Shown in pieces: positions 26,620-39,320 of a stretch of 64,000 nucleotides of DNA. The notes beneath the pieces are model-generated. The model had not been told where the DNA came from and did no database searches. It worked only from the letters and a program-made list of their open reading frames with translations. How positions within the stretch are numbered: the stretch's first letter is position 1; each line of letters opens with the position of its first letter. The stretch is from the human T2T-CHM13v2.0 reference genome, Homo sapiens: NCBI RefSeq assembly GCF_009914755.1, contig NC_060939.1; one strand, 5' to 3'. Made by a program: the position numbers and the translations under genes.

Positions 26620-27170
26620 TTTCTCACTTCCAGTCATCTGCTCTTCCTTGGAGGACACACCTCCCCCAGGCCAGGTGGTCAGGGTGAGGTTATCAGTCAC
26701 AGTCCCCTTCCTACCAAGACTCAGGTAAGTGACCCCCCCTTCACTGGCCAATCAGAGAGGTGGCGCCTATGTGAATGTAGTGATTGGTTCTAGGCGGCTG
26801 CGTGAGCCAAGCAGGACTGCTAGGGTTTCCTCTAAAAACCGAGATGCTGAGGGGGGAAAGAGATGCTGGGAGAGACAGGAAACTTCTTCCTTTTGACTTT
26901 CAATCCATAAGGAATCAGGCTTCAGGCTACCAGGGGCCATACTCCTTACCCCACATAAAGAAGGACACTGACTCAAAAAGGGAAGCCAAGAAAAGAGATG
27001 GCTAGAGAGAGACAAAGTCCCAATGGCATAATTTGTTCCCTGGATCCATCTGTGCCTCAGGTTAACCATAGACTCCTCAGTTACATGAATCACTAGCTTC
27101 CGTATTTTTCTTCTCAACCTAGCTTGAGTTGAGGTTTTTATAGTTACCACCAAAGACAGCCTTACTCATA
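26620..27170 (+). mobile_element. Old MaLR LTR (MLT1K/L-like)
   Basis: ggccaatcaga, gtgattggttc; 3' end ccctggatccatctgtgcctca...cagttacatga...gcttgagttgaggttttt; 5' boundary uncertain. Confidence 0.65.
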
Positions 27171-27231
27171 TGGAGATATCAGGAAAGCTTCTGGAGCAGA
27201 TGTCTCAAGCTAAACCTTGGAAGATGAGTAG

Positions 27232-27888
<657 letters not shown>

Positions 27889-28375
27889 GGAAACTTGTGT
27901 GTTCAATTTTTGGGCTGGTGACAGGGATGGACAACACGGAAAATGGAGGAGAATGAACGCCAATATGCAAGGTGGTATGTGGGATCTGGGTGAAGCACAG
28001 GAGTGCAGAGAGAAGAAGTGGAATGCAAGGTCCAGAGTGAGGCTAGGCCCAAATTATGGAGACTCTGAATAGCAGAGAGAGGAAGGTCCTCCGTTTTCCT
28101 AAAGGCAGTGGAGATTCATAAAAGGAGTTTGAGCAGAATATGGCTCAATTAGAATGAGCATCCTATGAAGGACCTTAAAAATCACTGGGTCCAACTCCTA
28201 CTTTTACCAAAGAGGAAACTGAGGGCCAGAGAAGGGACATGACTTGTCTGAGATCACTAAGCAAGCCAATGGCAAAGTCAAGATTAGAGTACAGGTCCAC
28301 ATGTACCTAGACTGTAAAAGAAATGTCAGAATCTTTTAGCAACTTTTCTCATAGGTAAGTGGGAGGCCAACCATC

Positions 28376-28976
28376 TGTATTTATTTTCTATTGATGCAGA
28401 ACAAATCAGTACAAACTCAGTGGCTTCAAATAGCATCTGTCTACCAGCTCATGGCTCTATAGGTCAGAAGTGGGCACAGCGTTGCTATTGCCTGATCAGG
28501 TAATGACACAACTGACATCAAGGTGTGGCCAGGCTGAGTTCTCAACTGGAGGCACTAGGGAGAAATCCACTTTCAAGCTCATTCTTCTTGTTGGTAAAAT
28601 TCATTTCCTTGTGGTTGTAGGACTGAGGTCTTTTTTCTTACGGACTATTCTCAGCTTTCAAAGGCCACCCAAATTTCTTGCCACATGGACTCCTCCATTT
28701 TCAAGCTAGAAATGGTGTATGGAATCATTCCCATACTTCAAGTTTCTAACTTTCTCTTCTGCAACCAGCTGGAGAAAACGCTGTACTTTTAAAGGACCCA
28801 TGAGATTAGGTCAGTCTCCCTCAATAATCTCCCTGTTTTTAAGTCAACTGTTTAGGGACCTTAATTACATCTGCAAAATCCCTTCACAGCAGTACCAAGA
28901 AGGGTTTGACAAACAGGGGAAGGTGTGTGTGCACCAGGGTAATCCTAGAGATCATCTCAGAGTTCTGCCTCCCACA
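28376..28976 (-). mobile_element. MLT1E-type LTR
   Basis: aaatccactttcaagctcattc, ttcatttccttgtggttgtaggactgaggtc, gaccttaattacatctgcaaaatcccttcac. Confidence 0.85.
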
Positions 28977-29539
28977 GCGACATACTGCCATCCCCCGGCA
29001 TGGGCCACTAACTGGGGAGTCTGACAGCTCATGTCATTGAAGTGGGATGTGTGTTGGGTGGTATATAACCACGCAGAAGACAAGCCCATCACCTCAAATA
29101 AAGAACCAGAACTCAAAGCTCAAAGCAAGGGCCCCTTGGCCCAGGGCAGCTATCTGAGCTAAGCAGCCCACAGCTGTATCTGTCTGCATTGGGCATCTAT
29201 GTTTGTTTAGGGGATTCTCCTCATGATTGGCAGCACTATCTGTGACCCACATAAGTGTGCTGGCAAGATTCAGCATGGTCACTTGCACTTCCTTGGTAAC
29301 TCCTTCAATTGCATTCCCTGGATTTGTGACATCCTACCATTAGCTGGCCCGGCTCATCCCCACCCCTCTCCTGCAACTAACTCATGGCCCTGAAAGAATC
29401 TGCACCATCCTCCACTCTCCTGGGCCAGCCTGAGCTGGTCATTGTGCAGCCTGGAAGAGCCATCAGTGTGATGATGACCCATGCCCTCTGCTGAATGACC
29501 ACACTGCAGCAGCATGGAACCCAACACCTCCCGGGTCAC

Positions 29540-30430
29540 TGGCCTGCGTCATCTGGATTCAACTAATCCAGCCCAGCCAAGCACCCTTATGTCAGCAGGT
29601 TTACCCATAAGCCACGTGATCAGTATTCAATAAGTTCAGCACTTAGCTTGTTTAATCAATTCCTTTACAGAGAGTTCCATGGGACTGAGGGGAAAAAAAA
29701 CTACCCAAATACAGAAATCCAGGGGGAAACAAAGTAGAAAGAAGAACCCATTGTTATTCTAATTCCAGTCCCTGACTTCCCTCCTCCCTACAAGGAGAGC
29801 TTGCCCTTGGGAGACACCTGCTTCCCGCTGCCCTGGGACAGCTCTGGAAGGTCGGCACCCCCAGCGGGCCCCCCTAGCAGGAGCCACTCAGTCTGGGAGA
29901 AGCAGCAACTGCCACACTGTCTTGTGCTCCAGGAGAGGGCTGACTCTGATTCTCCCAGGCTCCAGCAGGTCGGCTCGGCTCCGAGCAGTTTGTTTTTTGA
30001 AAGTCTCATAAATTTCCAAGAAACTTCTCCAGACAACTGTCACGAGGCTGCACCTGCCAAACAAACACAAACAGAGCTCTCCTCCACCAGATTAGTTACT
30101 TAATTAAGAAGAGAAAGAGACAAGGCACATAACGTGGAGATAATTACCCATCTTGCCAAGTCTCCAAGTGTAGCGTGGCACACGCGAGCAAATTGCAGCA
30201 CCGCCGCTAATGCATATTCATCCAAAGTTGTAACTGCTGTGAACATTTTCCACACAGACAGCAATATGTTCAACCAACAATCTCAGCTCCTTCTCAGATT
30301 CCAGCATCTTCCCACACCATTATCCTGCCTTCCCAGACTCCCTCCCTGTCTTTCTGTGAAGGAATTTGCTAAACAAAGCAAATAGCAAACCAGTTACGAG
30401 TGAATGTGACCAAAATCCATTCCAGGTGAC
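29540..30430. promoter_or_regulatory. Candidate enhancer block
   Basis: Repeat-free; ttgtttaatcaat, cttaattaag, gataattacc, aactgtca, taaacaaagcaaata; CpG retention 29830-30210. Confidence 0.45.
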
Positions 30431-31842
30431 ACTGTTGGGAACAATCAATTCTGGACCCAAAAAATGAGGTGTTTGAGTTCTTTCCCTAACCTGTTTACTC
30501 ATTCAATTTAATTTCATGTAATTGAATTACAAGGATTTATTGAGCATTTACTGTGTTAGGCCCAGTGCCAACCAGTACTAAGACACAAAGATGAGTGCAT
30601 TGAGGTCTCATCCCAGGAGGCTCACAATCTGTGGATAGAGGAGCTCTCCTCCATGAGATAAGGTGGGTGGGTATTATTTTAATCCTCTTTGACAAATGAA
30701 GAAACGAGGCCAAAGAGTTAAGTAAACTGCCAAAATAACAGAGTAACTAAATAGGTAATTGGGCCTTGATCCTAGATTATCTGACTCCAGTTTCTATGTA
30801 CAAGGCAGACAAGGGGAAATTCCACCTTGGAGACAGAGGAGAACAGAAGAAAGAACAGAGCCTGGAAAAGCACAGGAGATGTGGGCTCTGCCACCTTAGA
30901 CAAATCACTGAACTGTGAAGGTTTTCAATTTCCTCATTAATAAAATGCAGATGGTGAGATCTAAGAAATAGAAGTGCTGATAAGATTAAATAAAATCAGA
31001 TTCCTAATACTACTACCTAGGACAGTGACTGGCACTTGGTAGATGCTTAATAGTCGTGTGCTTCCCTTGGCTAAAATAGAAGGGCACAATGGGCACAATG
31101 GAAGACCAGGGGAAGGAGAGATCTAGGATAATGGGTGAAGCTGGGGGACCTTAGGCAAGAAGTGTGATTTGAGTAGGTCTTGATGTGGGTGTAAGACCAA
31201 AGCTGATAGAAATGGAAGCAAGGACATTTTAGGTGCTGGCAATAGCATGAAGGAGAGACACACATTCAGGACAAAGCAGCAATGCTGTGGCCAGAACCTG
31301 GAGTTCTGAGGGTGAAAAGGGAGATCAGACTGGAAGAGTAGGCTGGGGTCAGGTGGTGTGCAGTCCTGATTAGAAGAACAATCCAGGACACTTGAAATAT
31401 AGTTTGGAAAAGTACAGTTAAGGTCACCCCATTAACAAGCGGACAGTCAGGCCTTTAGAGAAGAAAGACCATGAGGAATCCCATATACCTGGAGACAAAG
31501 GAATGGTTTGATTACTTCTAGACCAAGCTCAAGTGGTGGGGAAATTGACAATGTTGTCAACTGGGTTTGAAAACGCACTTGGCCATCTTTCTCAGATGCC
31601 CTACTCCTCTCTATATAGCCTTCTTTGCCCTGGGTCAGCCAAGAGATCCAATGGGAAACCATGCTAAATTTCTTTAGAAAGATGAATACATTGGCTCACT
31701 CTAAAGAAACTCAGAATTGCCTTTCCCATCTAAAGTTAGGCCCTGAGGACATCCAAGGATAGTTAGAAAAAGACTACCATTACCACTGACTTTCTTGATC
31801 GAAACTTAAGCAATCAGGGCATTTCTATTTCTGCTTCTTCTA

Positions 31843-32021
31843 GCAGGAGTAACAAATACGTTCAACTAAGATGCCAACTCTAATTGATTGGATCTGCCTG
31901 GAGCAGAGTAGTGAAACATTGTGAGACGCTTCTGGTTCAGAAAGAACATGTACCACTATTGCTTAGCAGTGCCTGTCAAGGTCATGGAATGGAGTGGCTA
32001 CATAGCTATTTGCTATCCTTG
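31843..32021. mobile_element. MER117 (hAT-Charlie)
   Basis: tgccaactctaattgattgg...ctgcctggagc...tatttgctatccttg matches recalled MER117 layout. Confidence 0.7.
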
Positions 32022-32224
32022 GTCTCTGGCTAGTTTAAGCCTACATTGAGTCTTGAATATTTTTTCCCCCATTTCTAAAGGAGTGGAGATCAGAAAAAGA
32101 ACAAAAGAACAACAGTAACTACCCCATATGTTGAATTCTCATGGTATTAGAATGAAGGGAAAGTAGCTTTGTTCTCAAATTGCTCTTTCATGGCTAAGAA
32201 TGAGGATCAGCCTATTATACTGGC

Positions 32225-32770
<546 letters not shown>

Positions 32771-34069
32771 TAGGTCCCACCATGAGGTTCCTGTTCCTCA
32801 TTTGAAGGAAAGGCCATCGGAAGGCTCTAGCCTTTGCCCTGCATGTGCATTAAGGCTCAGCTGATGATAGATATAAGGTGATGAGAGTTGTGAGAGGGAG
32901 AGAGCATTCTGCTGGTATGGTCAGGGAAGGCCCCACAGAGGCAGGCCTGAGCTGGGCCTTAGGAAGATGGGCAGAATTTGGACAGACAGAGTGACTTGCA
33001 AGGAAGGCAGGGCATCATAAGACATGAGCAGAGGCTGGAGGCTGGCAGGAGCAGAGGCCCTAGAGCAGAGTGGTGAGAGAAAACACGAGGGACCAAACCC
33101 ACGTGGCCACAGAGAACTTTCTGAGAAATGAGGTCAGGAACCTGGGGCCAGCTGCTGCCAGGGGTGAGCTCTCCCTAGACTTACCTGCCTGCCAAGTCCT
33201 CCTTCTGGGGGCCCCACATCTAGCCAGCTTCTAGCCCCAGGTACCCAATTGTCCTTCTGACCACACTCTTTCTATAAATTTCATTCCAAAAATAAACTTC
33301 AGGGTGAGACTTGACCTGACCTGCCCTTAAGAGTTCACTAGAGCCTCCCTCCCTCCCGACAGAACACTGGGCTTCCTTAGGCAGTGTCTCCCCTGCCTGA
33401 GCCTCAGGGCCCCTCCCTGCCAGTGTGTGTGCCTGAGGCTGTCAAGAGCCTGATGTTTCAACTTGAGACATGTCCACATTGTTTCTCTTGTCTACCCCTG
33501 TCTTCCACCTGTTCACAGGGACTTCTATATTAGTCATCCGTTGTCAGGGAAATGCTCAGCTTCCCCCAAGGTGTAAATCCTGAGGAATTCAAAATGGGGA
33601 AGAGGGGAAAATGATTTACTAGGCTGGCTTGGTCCATATATTCTCCAACACATGGATGGCAAATGCTGGAGTGGGGTCTCGCAAGATGGGGTCCTCCTAC
33701 CCCCAGCATTAGCATTACCAGAAAGTCTTGTTAAATGCAGGCTCCTGGACCCCCGCCCTGACTTCCTTAATAGAGGGTGGGCCTCAGGATGCCTGGTAAC
33801 CTGGTAAAACGGGCATCTGGAGGTCAGGAAAAAAAATCATCTCAGGCTTTGTTGGTATACAGAATATGGTTCTGGAGGGCTGTGGCATTTTCTCTGGCTT
33901 GACCATGTCTGAGTGTTTTTAACAGTGTGTCTTCCTCACTTGCCATCCGTAGGGATGTGTGTGTGTATGACACAGAGCTGGAGAGGCAGAGACACAAAGA
34001 GTAAATAAATACAGAAACCCAGACTTGTGCTTTGGAATGTTTTCTCTGGGCCCCCGTAAGCTACCTCCT

Positions 34070-34850
34070 ATTTCCTTGCAAATCACTTAGAGCTCTCATG
34101 GTGAAAAGGGTGTTTCAAAGTTGTTAAAGACAAATCGGTATTTAATTAAATCTCCATTCCTGATAGAAAGAATAGTAGTAGTCAGAATCATTTTGTGCCA
34201 AGATCAAACACTCACAGCTCTGCCTGTTCCCCGGAGAACCACAGAACCATTCCCCACTGTCAAGTGGACCAAAGGCTGTCTCTCTTTCCGCTTAGGCGTC
34301 TGTTAATCATTGACACTTAATTAGCCCTGTAACATATTAGAAAGTGCTTTGAAAATTGTAAAGTCCTATTCAAATATGCGGGATAATTATTACACGGACC
34401 TATTCTCTCCACTGACCCTCCTTAAGCGTCTACTCCAGGTCATGTGCTCTGCCATGCATCACCTTGTGTAATTACTGTTGGAGGCCCTGGATTCTCATCC
34501 GTTTTACAGAACCAAGAAGACAGCAATGTAAATGACTTGCCCAGGGTCACATAGGCAGTGAGAGGCAGGTTCTGTGTGCTTCTAGAGAAACCCTCTTTCC
34601 ACTTTGCATTCTTCAGTGCAGTCTTTTCTTTCTTTCACCAAAGCCAGGATTCTCTCCACTGGTTAGTGACATTCCGCCTGACCATCATTGTGTCCAAAGA
34701 GGCAGTGACATTTCCAAAGCAACTCATTTTAATTTCTTCTGATTAAAAATGCCTGCTGGCATATATGCTATGGAGACCATTAGGAGGCAAAAAGCAATGG
34801 TGTGAAAAGCAGCAAACCGATCACAGATGGCTGTCAGGTCACTCGGCCCA
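34070..34850. promoter_or_regulatory. Candidate enhancer blocks (34070-34400 and 34680-34850) separated by a MIR
   Basis: tatttaattaaat, gttaatcattgacacttaattagc, gataattatt, ttttaatttcttctgattaaaa, ggctgtca. Confidence 0.45.
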
Positions 34851-35386
34851 GGGACATAGGCACGGACGCCCCAGGTTACGGGGATTGTGAGCCTGCCTCC
34901 TTCCACCATGTGTTAGCTGGGGTGTCTGCTCTATGGGGGTCCTCTAGGGCAGGAAGAAGAGATGGAAGACACAGCCTGCCACCCAGGAATTTGTCTTTGA
35001 ATAGCTTCCATTTGTGCAGAATGTGCACTCAGCCGTTAGGCCTTCCTTTACAAGGTGGTTAGTGAAGAAGGCTTATTGGGAAGGGGGTGGTGGCATCTTA
35101 GTGATAATGGTGGTGGTGTAGGAGAGCAAAGCTGGATGGTCCTGGAGGTTCATGCCTGAGATGGCACCCGGCAGGTAGATTTGGCTCCAGGATCAACAGC
35201 CAGACTCCAGGCTCTGCACATTGGAGGCACTCACTTTGCAATAAGACCTCTTCATCACCAGGAAGACCCCAGGTGGGGCCCAGGAATCTGCATTTAACAG
35301 GCCTCTCCAGGAATGCCAATGCTGGGGGTAGGAGGACCTCACCTTGCAAGACCCCACTCCAGCCTTTGTCATCCAGGTATTGGCAA

Positions 35387-35447
35387 AGTACTAGTGATCT
35401 ACAATGACTATGCCACCTCTGTAGGCTCTGTAGTCAGGGCTCATTGA
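35387..35447 (+). repeat. Local direct duplication (~60 bp), copy of 36296-36356
   Basis: ctagtgatctac....actatgccacctctgt.ggctc.gtagtcag..ctcattga, 50/57 identical. Confidence 0.92.
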
Positions 35448-36234
35448 CTAGATGTTCCCTGGCCCCTTTCCCATAAGGAGGTAAAGCATCACAAAGGTGG
35501 GAGTCTTTCAAGGGCACATCCAGTGTGGTGAGCATGGCCTAAACAGGTGCTCTGAGAGATCATTCAAGCTCTGAGGTTGGGTGTGCCCTGCTATGTCTCT
35601 GCTTAGAGGTTGTACTCTGGGACACCCTATCTTACTATATACATAAGCATGCTTCCTTTGCAGGGCAAACATGATGGTAATTGTATTTTTGTAAAGTGGA
35701 GTGAGCAAACAATATGCAAAAATCATGAGACTCTGTCTTTGCCTGGGGGCTGGTTCCAATGGCTGGGTTGACTACTGCTATGGGAAATGCTTTAGAAAAG
35801 ATTTCCTGGTTGGGCCCAGCCAACTGCCAGGGACACAGCAGGAGAGCTAAAGGCCTTGTTTCTCCCATGGGAGTCCTAAAGGGCACCTGGAAACATTGGG
35901 GCACTGCGGTAAGGCTTCTGACCAGGAGAACGCCCTGGCCTTGCTGAGGGCTCTGGATGGATGAGGAGGAAATCCAGGTCTAGCCATGGTGATGGGTGGT
36001 TCCCTTCTCCATGTGTCAGAAACAGGCCCTGACCCCCTACTCAAGCAGAGCTGTGTCTGCTTCCTTCAGTGTTGCCCTGGGATGCCTCATTCACCATTTC
36101 CTGTTTTCATCCCCTCCCCAGATTGGGCTCACCCGGAGCCTGAGAAGTCAATGAGCTCGGCCCCCATCTCCCTCCCTCTCCTGCTTCATCTAGGCTCTTC
36201 TCCTTAGGGAGGTGAGGCTCACTCCCTGAGCCGT

Positions 36235-36560
36235 GGCTGCGAGTGCCAGGCATCGTGCTGGGTGCTCTACGTAGGTCTTGTTTAATCCTCAAAACAGTTC
36301 TAGTGATCTACGCTAACTATGCCACCTCTGTGGGCTCCGTAGTCAGACCTCATTGAAATTCTTGCCTCTACCACTTGCAGTCAGCAGTGTGCTCTTGAGA
36401 ACATCTCCTAACTCCTGAGCCTCCAGTTTTGCATCTATGAAATGGAGCTGTTCAAATCACTGACCTCACTGTGTCATTGTGAGGACTGACAGATGCTGCC
36501 AATTAAAGAACCAGGCACAAGACCCAGCATATGATCAAAACATTGGCACTATTATTATTC
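36235..36560. mobile_element. Back-to-back MIR relics (antisense ~36235-36300, sense ~36330-36560)
   Basis: gtgccaggcatcgtgctgggtgct...tttaatcctcaaaac; ggctccgtagtcagac...cctgagcctccagttttgcatctatgaaatgg. Confidence 0.7.
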
Positions 36561-36689
36561 TTATGAGTTACTATTATTGTGTATTTGGGGGGGTTTGAAT
36601 GACTTGCCCTAAGTCACATAGCTGATAAACAGCAGAGTTAGATTTGAACTCAGCTCTGACTAATCCCAGAGCTCTTCTACCGGAACACC

Positions 36690-36850
36690 TCAGGGCAGCG
36701 GGTCTCAAGATGTGGTCTCTCAACCAGCAGTATCAGCATCACTGGAAATGCAAGTTCTCGAGCCTGTCCCCAGACCTCCTGAATCAGGAACACTGGGGTG
36801 GGTCCAGCAACCCACATGCCTCCAGGGGATTGATGCTGTTCAAGCGTGAG
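36690..36850. mobile_element. MER5A
   Basis: cagcgggtctcaagatgtggtc...accagcagtatcagcatcactggaaatgcaagttctc...cagacctcctgaatcagg. Confidence 0.8.
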
Positions 36851-36937
36851 GGTCCCTAGTATAGGGAGGTTCAACAGGACACTCACACACCTGCCAACCA
36901 CCCCTGCTCCCACCCGCAGATAAAATTTCAGAACTTT

Positions 36938-37278
<341 letters not shown>

Positions 37279-37782
37279 TCAAGCCTCGCATGCGTTTTCT
37301 TCCAATCTACCTTGGAAAAGTGGTTAACCTTTCCTTTTCTGGGTCTCACTATCGCAGCTTGGACCCCATCACCCCCTTCCTCATGATGAAGAAATATCAT
37401 GCAAAGAAATATCAGGCAAAGCAAGTCTCTGAGAGCTGAGTGGATGAGGCGCAAGGCAGCAATTAGAACCAGGGAGGAAGTTGGCAGGAACAGGAGGATA
37501 GTTATTTTGAGTGCATTTTTAAAAAACAACAACAACATAAGGTGAGTCATATCTTTATAAATTCATAAAATTTCCCTCCCACCCGCCTTGGTTCCCAGTC
37601 CCAGGAAGGGCCACTGGATTGTGTGAAGACTGTGAGCTGTGTCCACTGCATTTCTCCAGCCCATGCAACCCGGCATCACGAGGAAGGGGGTATGGGGTCC
37701 AAGCTGCCACAGTGAGACCCAGGAAAGGAAAGACGAACCTCTTTTCCAAGGTAGGTTGGAAGAAAACACTTGTGAGGCCTGA
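37279..37782. repeat. Inverted repeat, ~110-bp arms (37279-37388 and 37674-37782), 285-bp spacer
   Basis: Reverse complement of right arm aligns to left arm with 13 mismatches and 1 gap (~87%). Confidence 0.95.
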
Positions 37783-37815
37783 CATGCTTGTCAATGGAGG
37801 GAGCATGTGACCCCC

Positions 37816-37932
37816 CTGGCCAGGACTAGAGGGTGACAGGCAAGTGCCTGGAGCACAGCATTTAAGGAGACCCTTGCCTGGCCTTGCAAGTGAATACTTT
37901 CTAAAAGTTTGCACCCCAGCCCCACCCTACTT
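37816..37932. mobile_element. MER96-like hAT MITE
   Basis: ggccaggactagagggtga...gcacagcatttaaggaga...aaagtttgcacccc...caccctac. Confidence 0.6.
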
Positions 37933-38046
37933 GAAGGTCAGCCCATAACTTGACATTGAAATTTTGGTTTCCCCCAAAGAAGTCACCTGAGTCAGAACCA
38001 TTGTTTCATTCCATGATCTGAAGGAGACACCTGCACAATAGCCAGG

Positions 38047-38400
38047 TGACGGCCCAGAAACCTCTGTTAACACCTGCTTGCCAGTGGTCCCGCCGTGGGG
38101 AGCAAGCCTGCCTCCCCTCACCAAGGCGGGATTCATGCTGCTGGTACAGTGTCCGGGGGACTCCCGCCCGGCCCTCCGAGCTGCCAGGAGGCGGTGCCCG
38201 CCCACGCCAGCTGCCAGGCTGGCCTCTCCGTGCTCCAGAGCCGCACAGCTCTGAACAGCGGCAGCAGGTGGGAGCCCCACCGGGGAACGCAATGAAACTC
38301 ACAGCCGTAAACGAGTTTATTATTGTTGTTAACTGGGGAAATAAATGTCTCAAGCATTAATAAAACATTGTGTTTTCTGCTTTTATGTCTTGAAGCCCCG
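38047..38400. promoter_or_regulatory. Small CpG-rich island-like segment followed by an AT-rich motif block
   Basis: About 18 CpG in 38047-38315 at high GC; then gccgtaaacgagtttattattgttgttaac and cattaataaaacattg. Confidence 0.5.
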
Positions 38401-38951
38401 GTTTCTCCCAGCACCTTGGCTGCTGGAGCCGGGTTGACCCTAGGTGTCTAGGTCAGGGTCTGGTAACTGGATTCCCTGGTGACCCTTTCTCCCATCAGCC
38501 CCAGCTCAGGCCCTCCTGGCTCCCTTAAAAGGTGTCAGGAGAGAATGGCACAGCAGGGGATCCTTGAAGGGAGACTTTGTTTGTATGGAGGAAATAGACA
38601 CAGACCTCCAGATGCATACATAGAAGAGCCATCTTCTCCCTTCTGTTCTTGTGTGGTGAGTGTTGCACGTGCGTGCTCCGGTGGGTGAGGGTCCTACTTT
38701 TATCTTGCAAGCACCTGACAGGGAATCATGATGACAGACAAGCTGCTGCTCTCTCTGGGCCTCAATCTCAGCATCTATAAAATGAGGGACCAGGTGGAGA
38801 TTACATAGGCCCTTGAGGCATTGAAGTTTTATGAGTCCGCGAGTGGATTCTAAGACGCTGAGGACAGGGTCCCCTCAGCCAGATGTACCCTGGGCAAATG
38901 CAGGTGAGGACAAATCATTCAGGAATCTTGAGCTCTCTATTGACCATAGGT

Positions 38952-39320
38952 TGTGTTTTTGTCAGGCCAATGCTAGATGCTGTATCAAATAAACTTGAAA
39001 TCATCAGGAGCTTAACATAAGGTAAGTTTATGTCTTGCTCCCTGAGGGTGTTTCTGGTTGATAGGCAGCTCTCCTCCACAGAGTGATTCTGGGATCCAGG
39101 CTCCACTGGTCTTGTGGATCTGCCCACCTCTAAGGCTTCGCAGTCTTCTGTATCCACTGGCAGATAAGGGAGGAAGACCAACCAAAGGTACAGAGGCTTC
39201 TGAGAATCCTGACTGGCTCACCCCATTGGTGGGAACTGGAGACATGACCTGTGATGTTGAAGGGGAGCCTGGGAGAGGAGATGTAGCCCATGATTGAGCA
39301 GTAGCCTCACATATGGGCTG
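38952..39320 (-). mobile_element. MLT1I/J-type LTR
   Basis: gcttaacataaggtaagtttatgtcttgctc...ggcagctctcctccacagagtgattctgggatccaggctcc. Confidence 0.7.
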
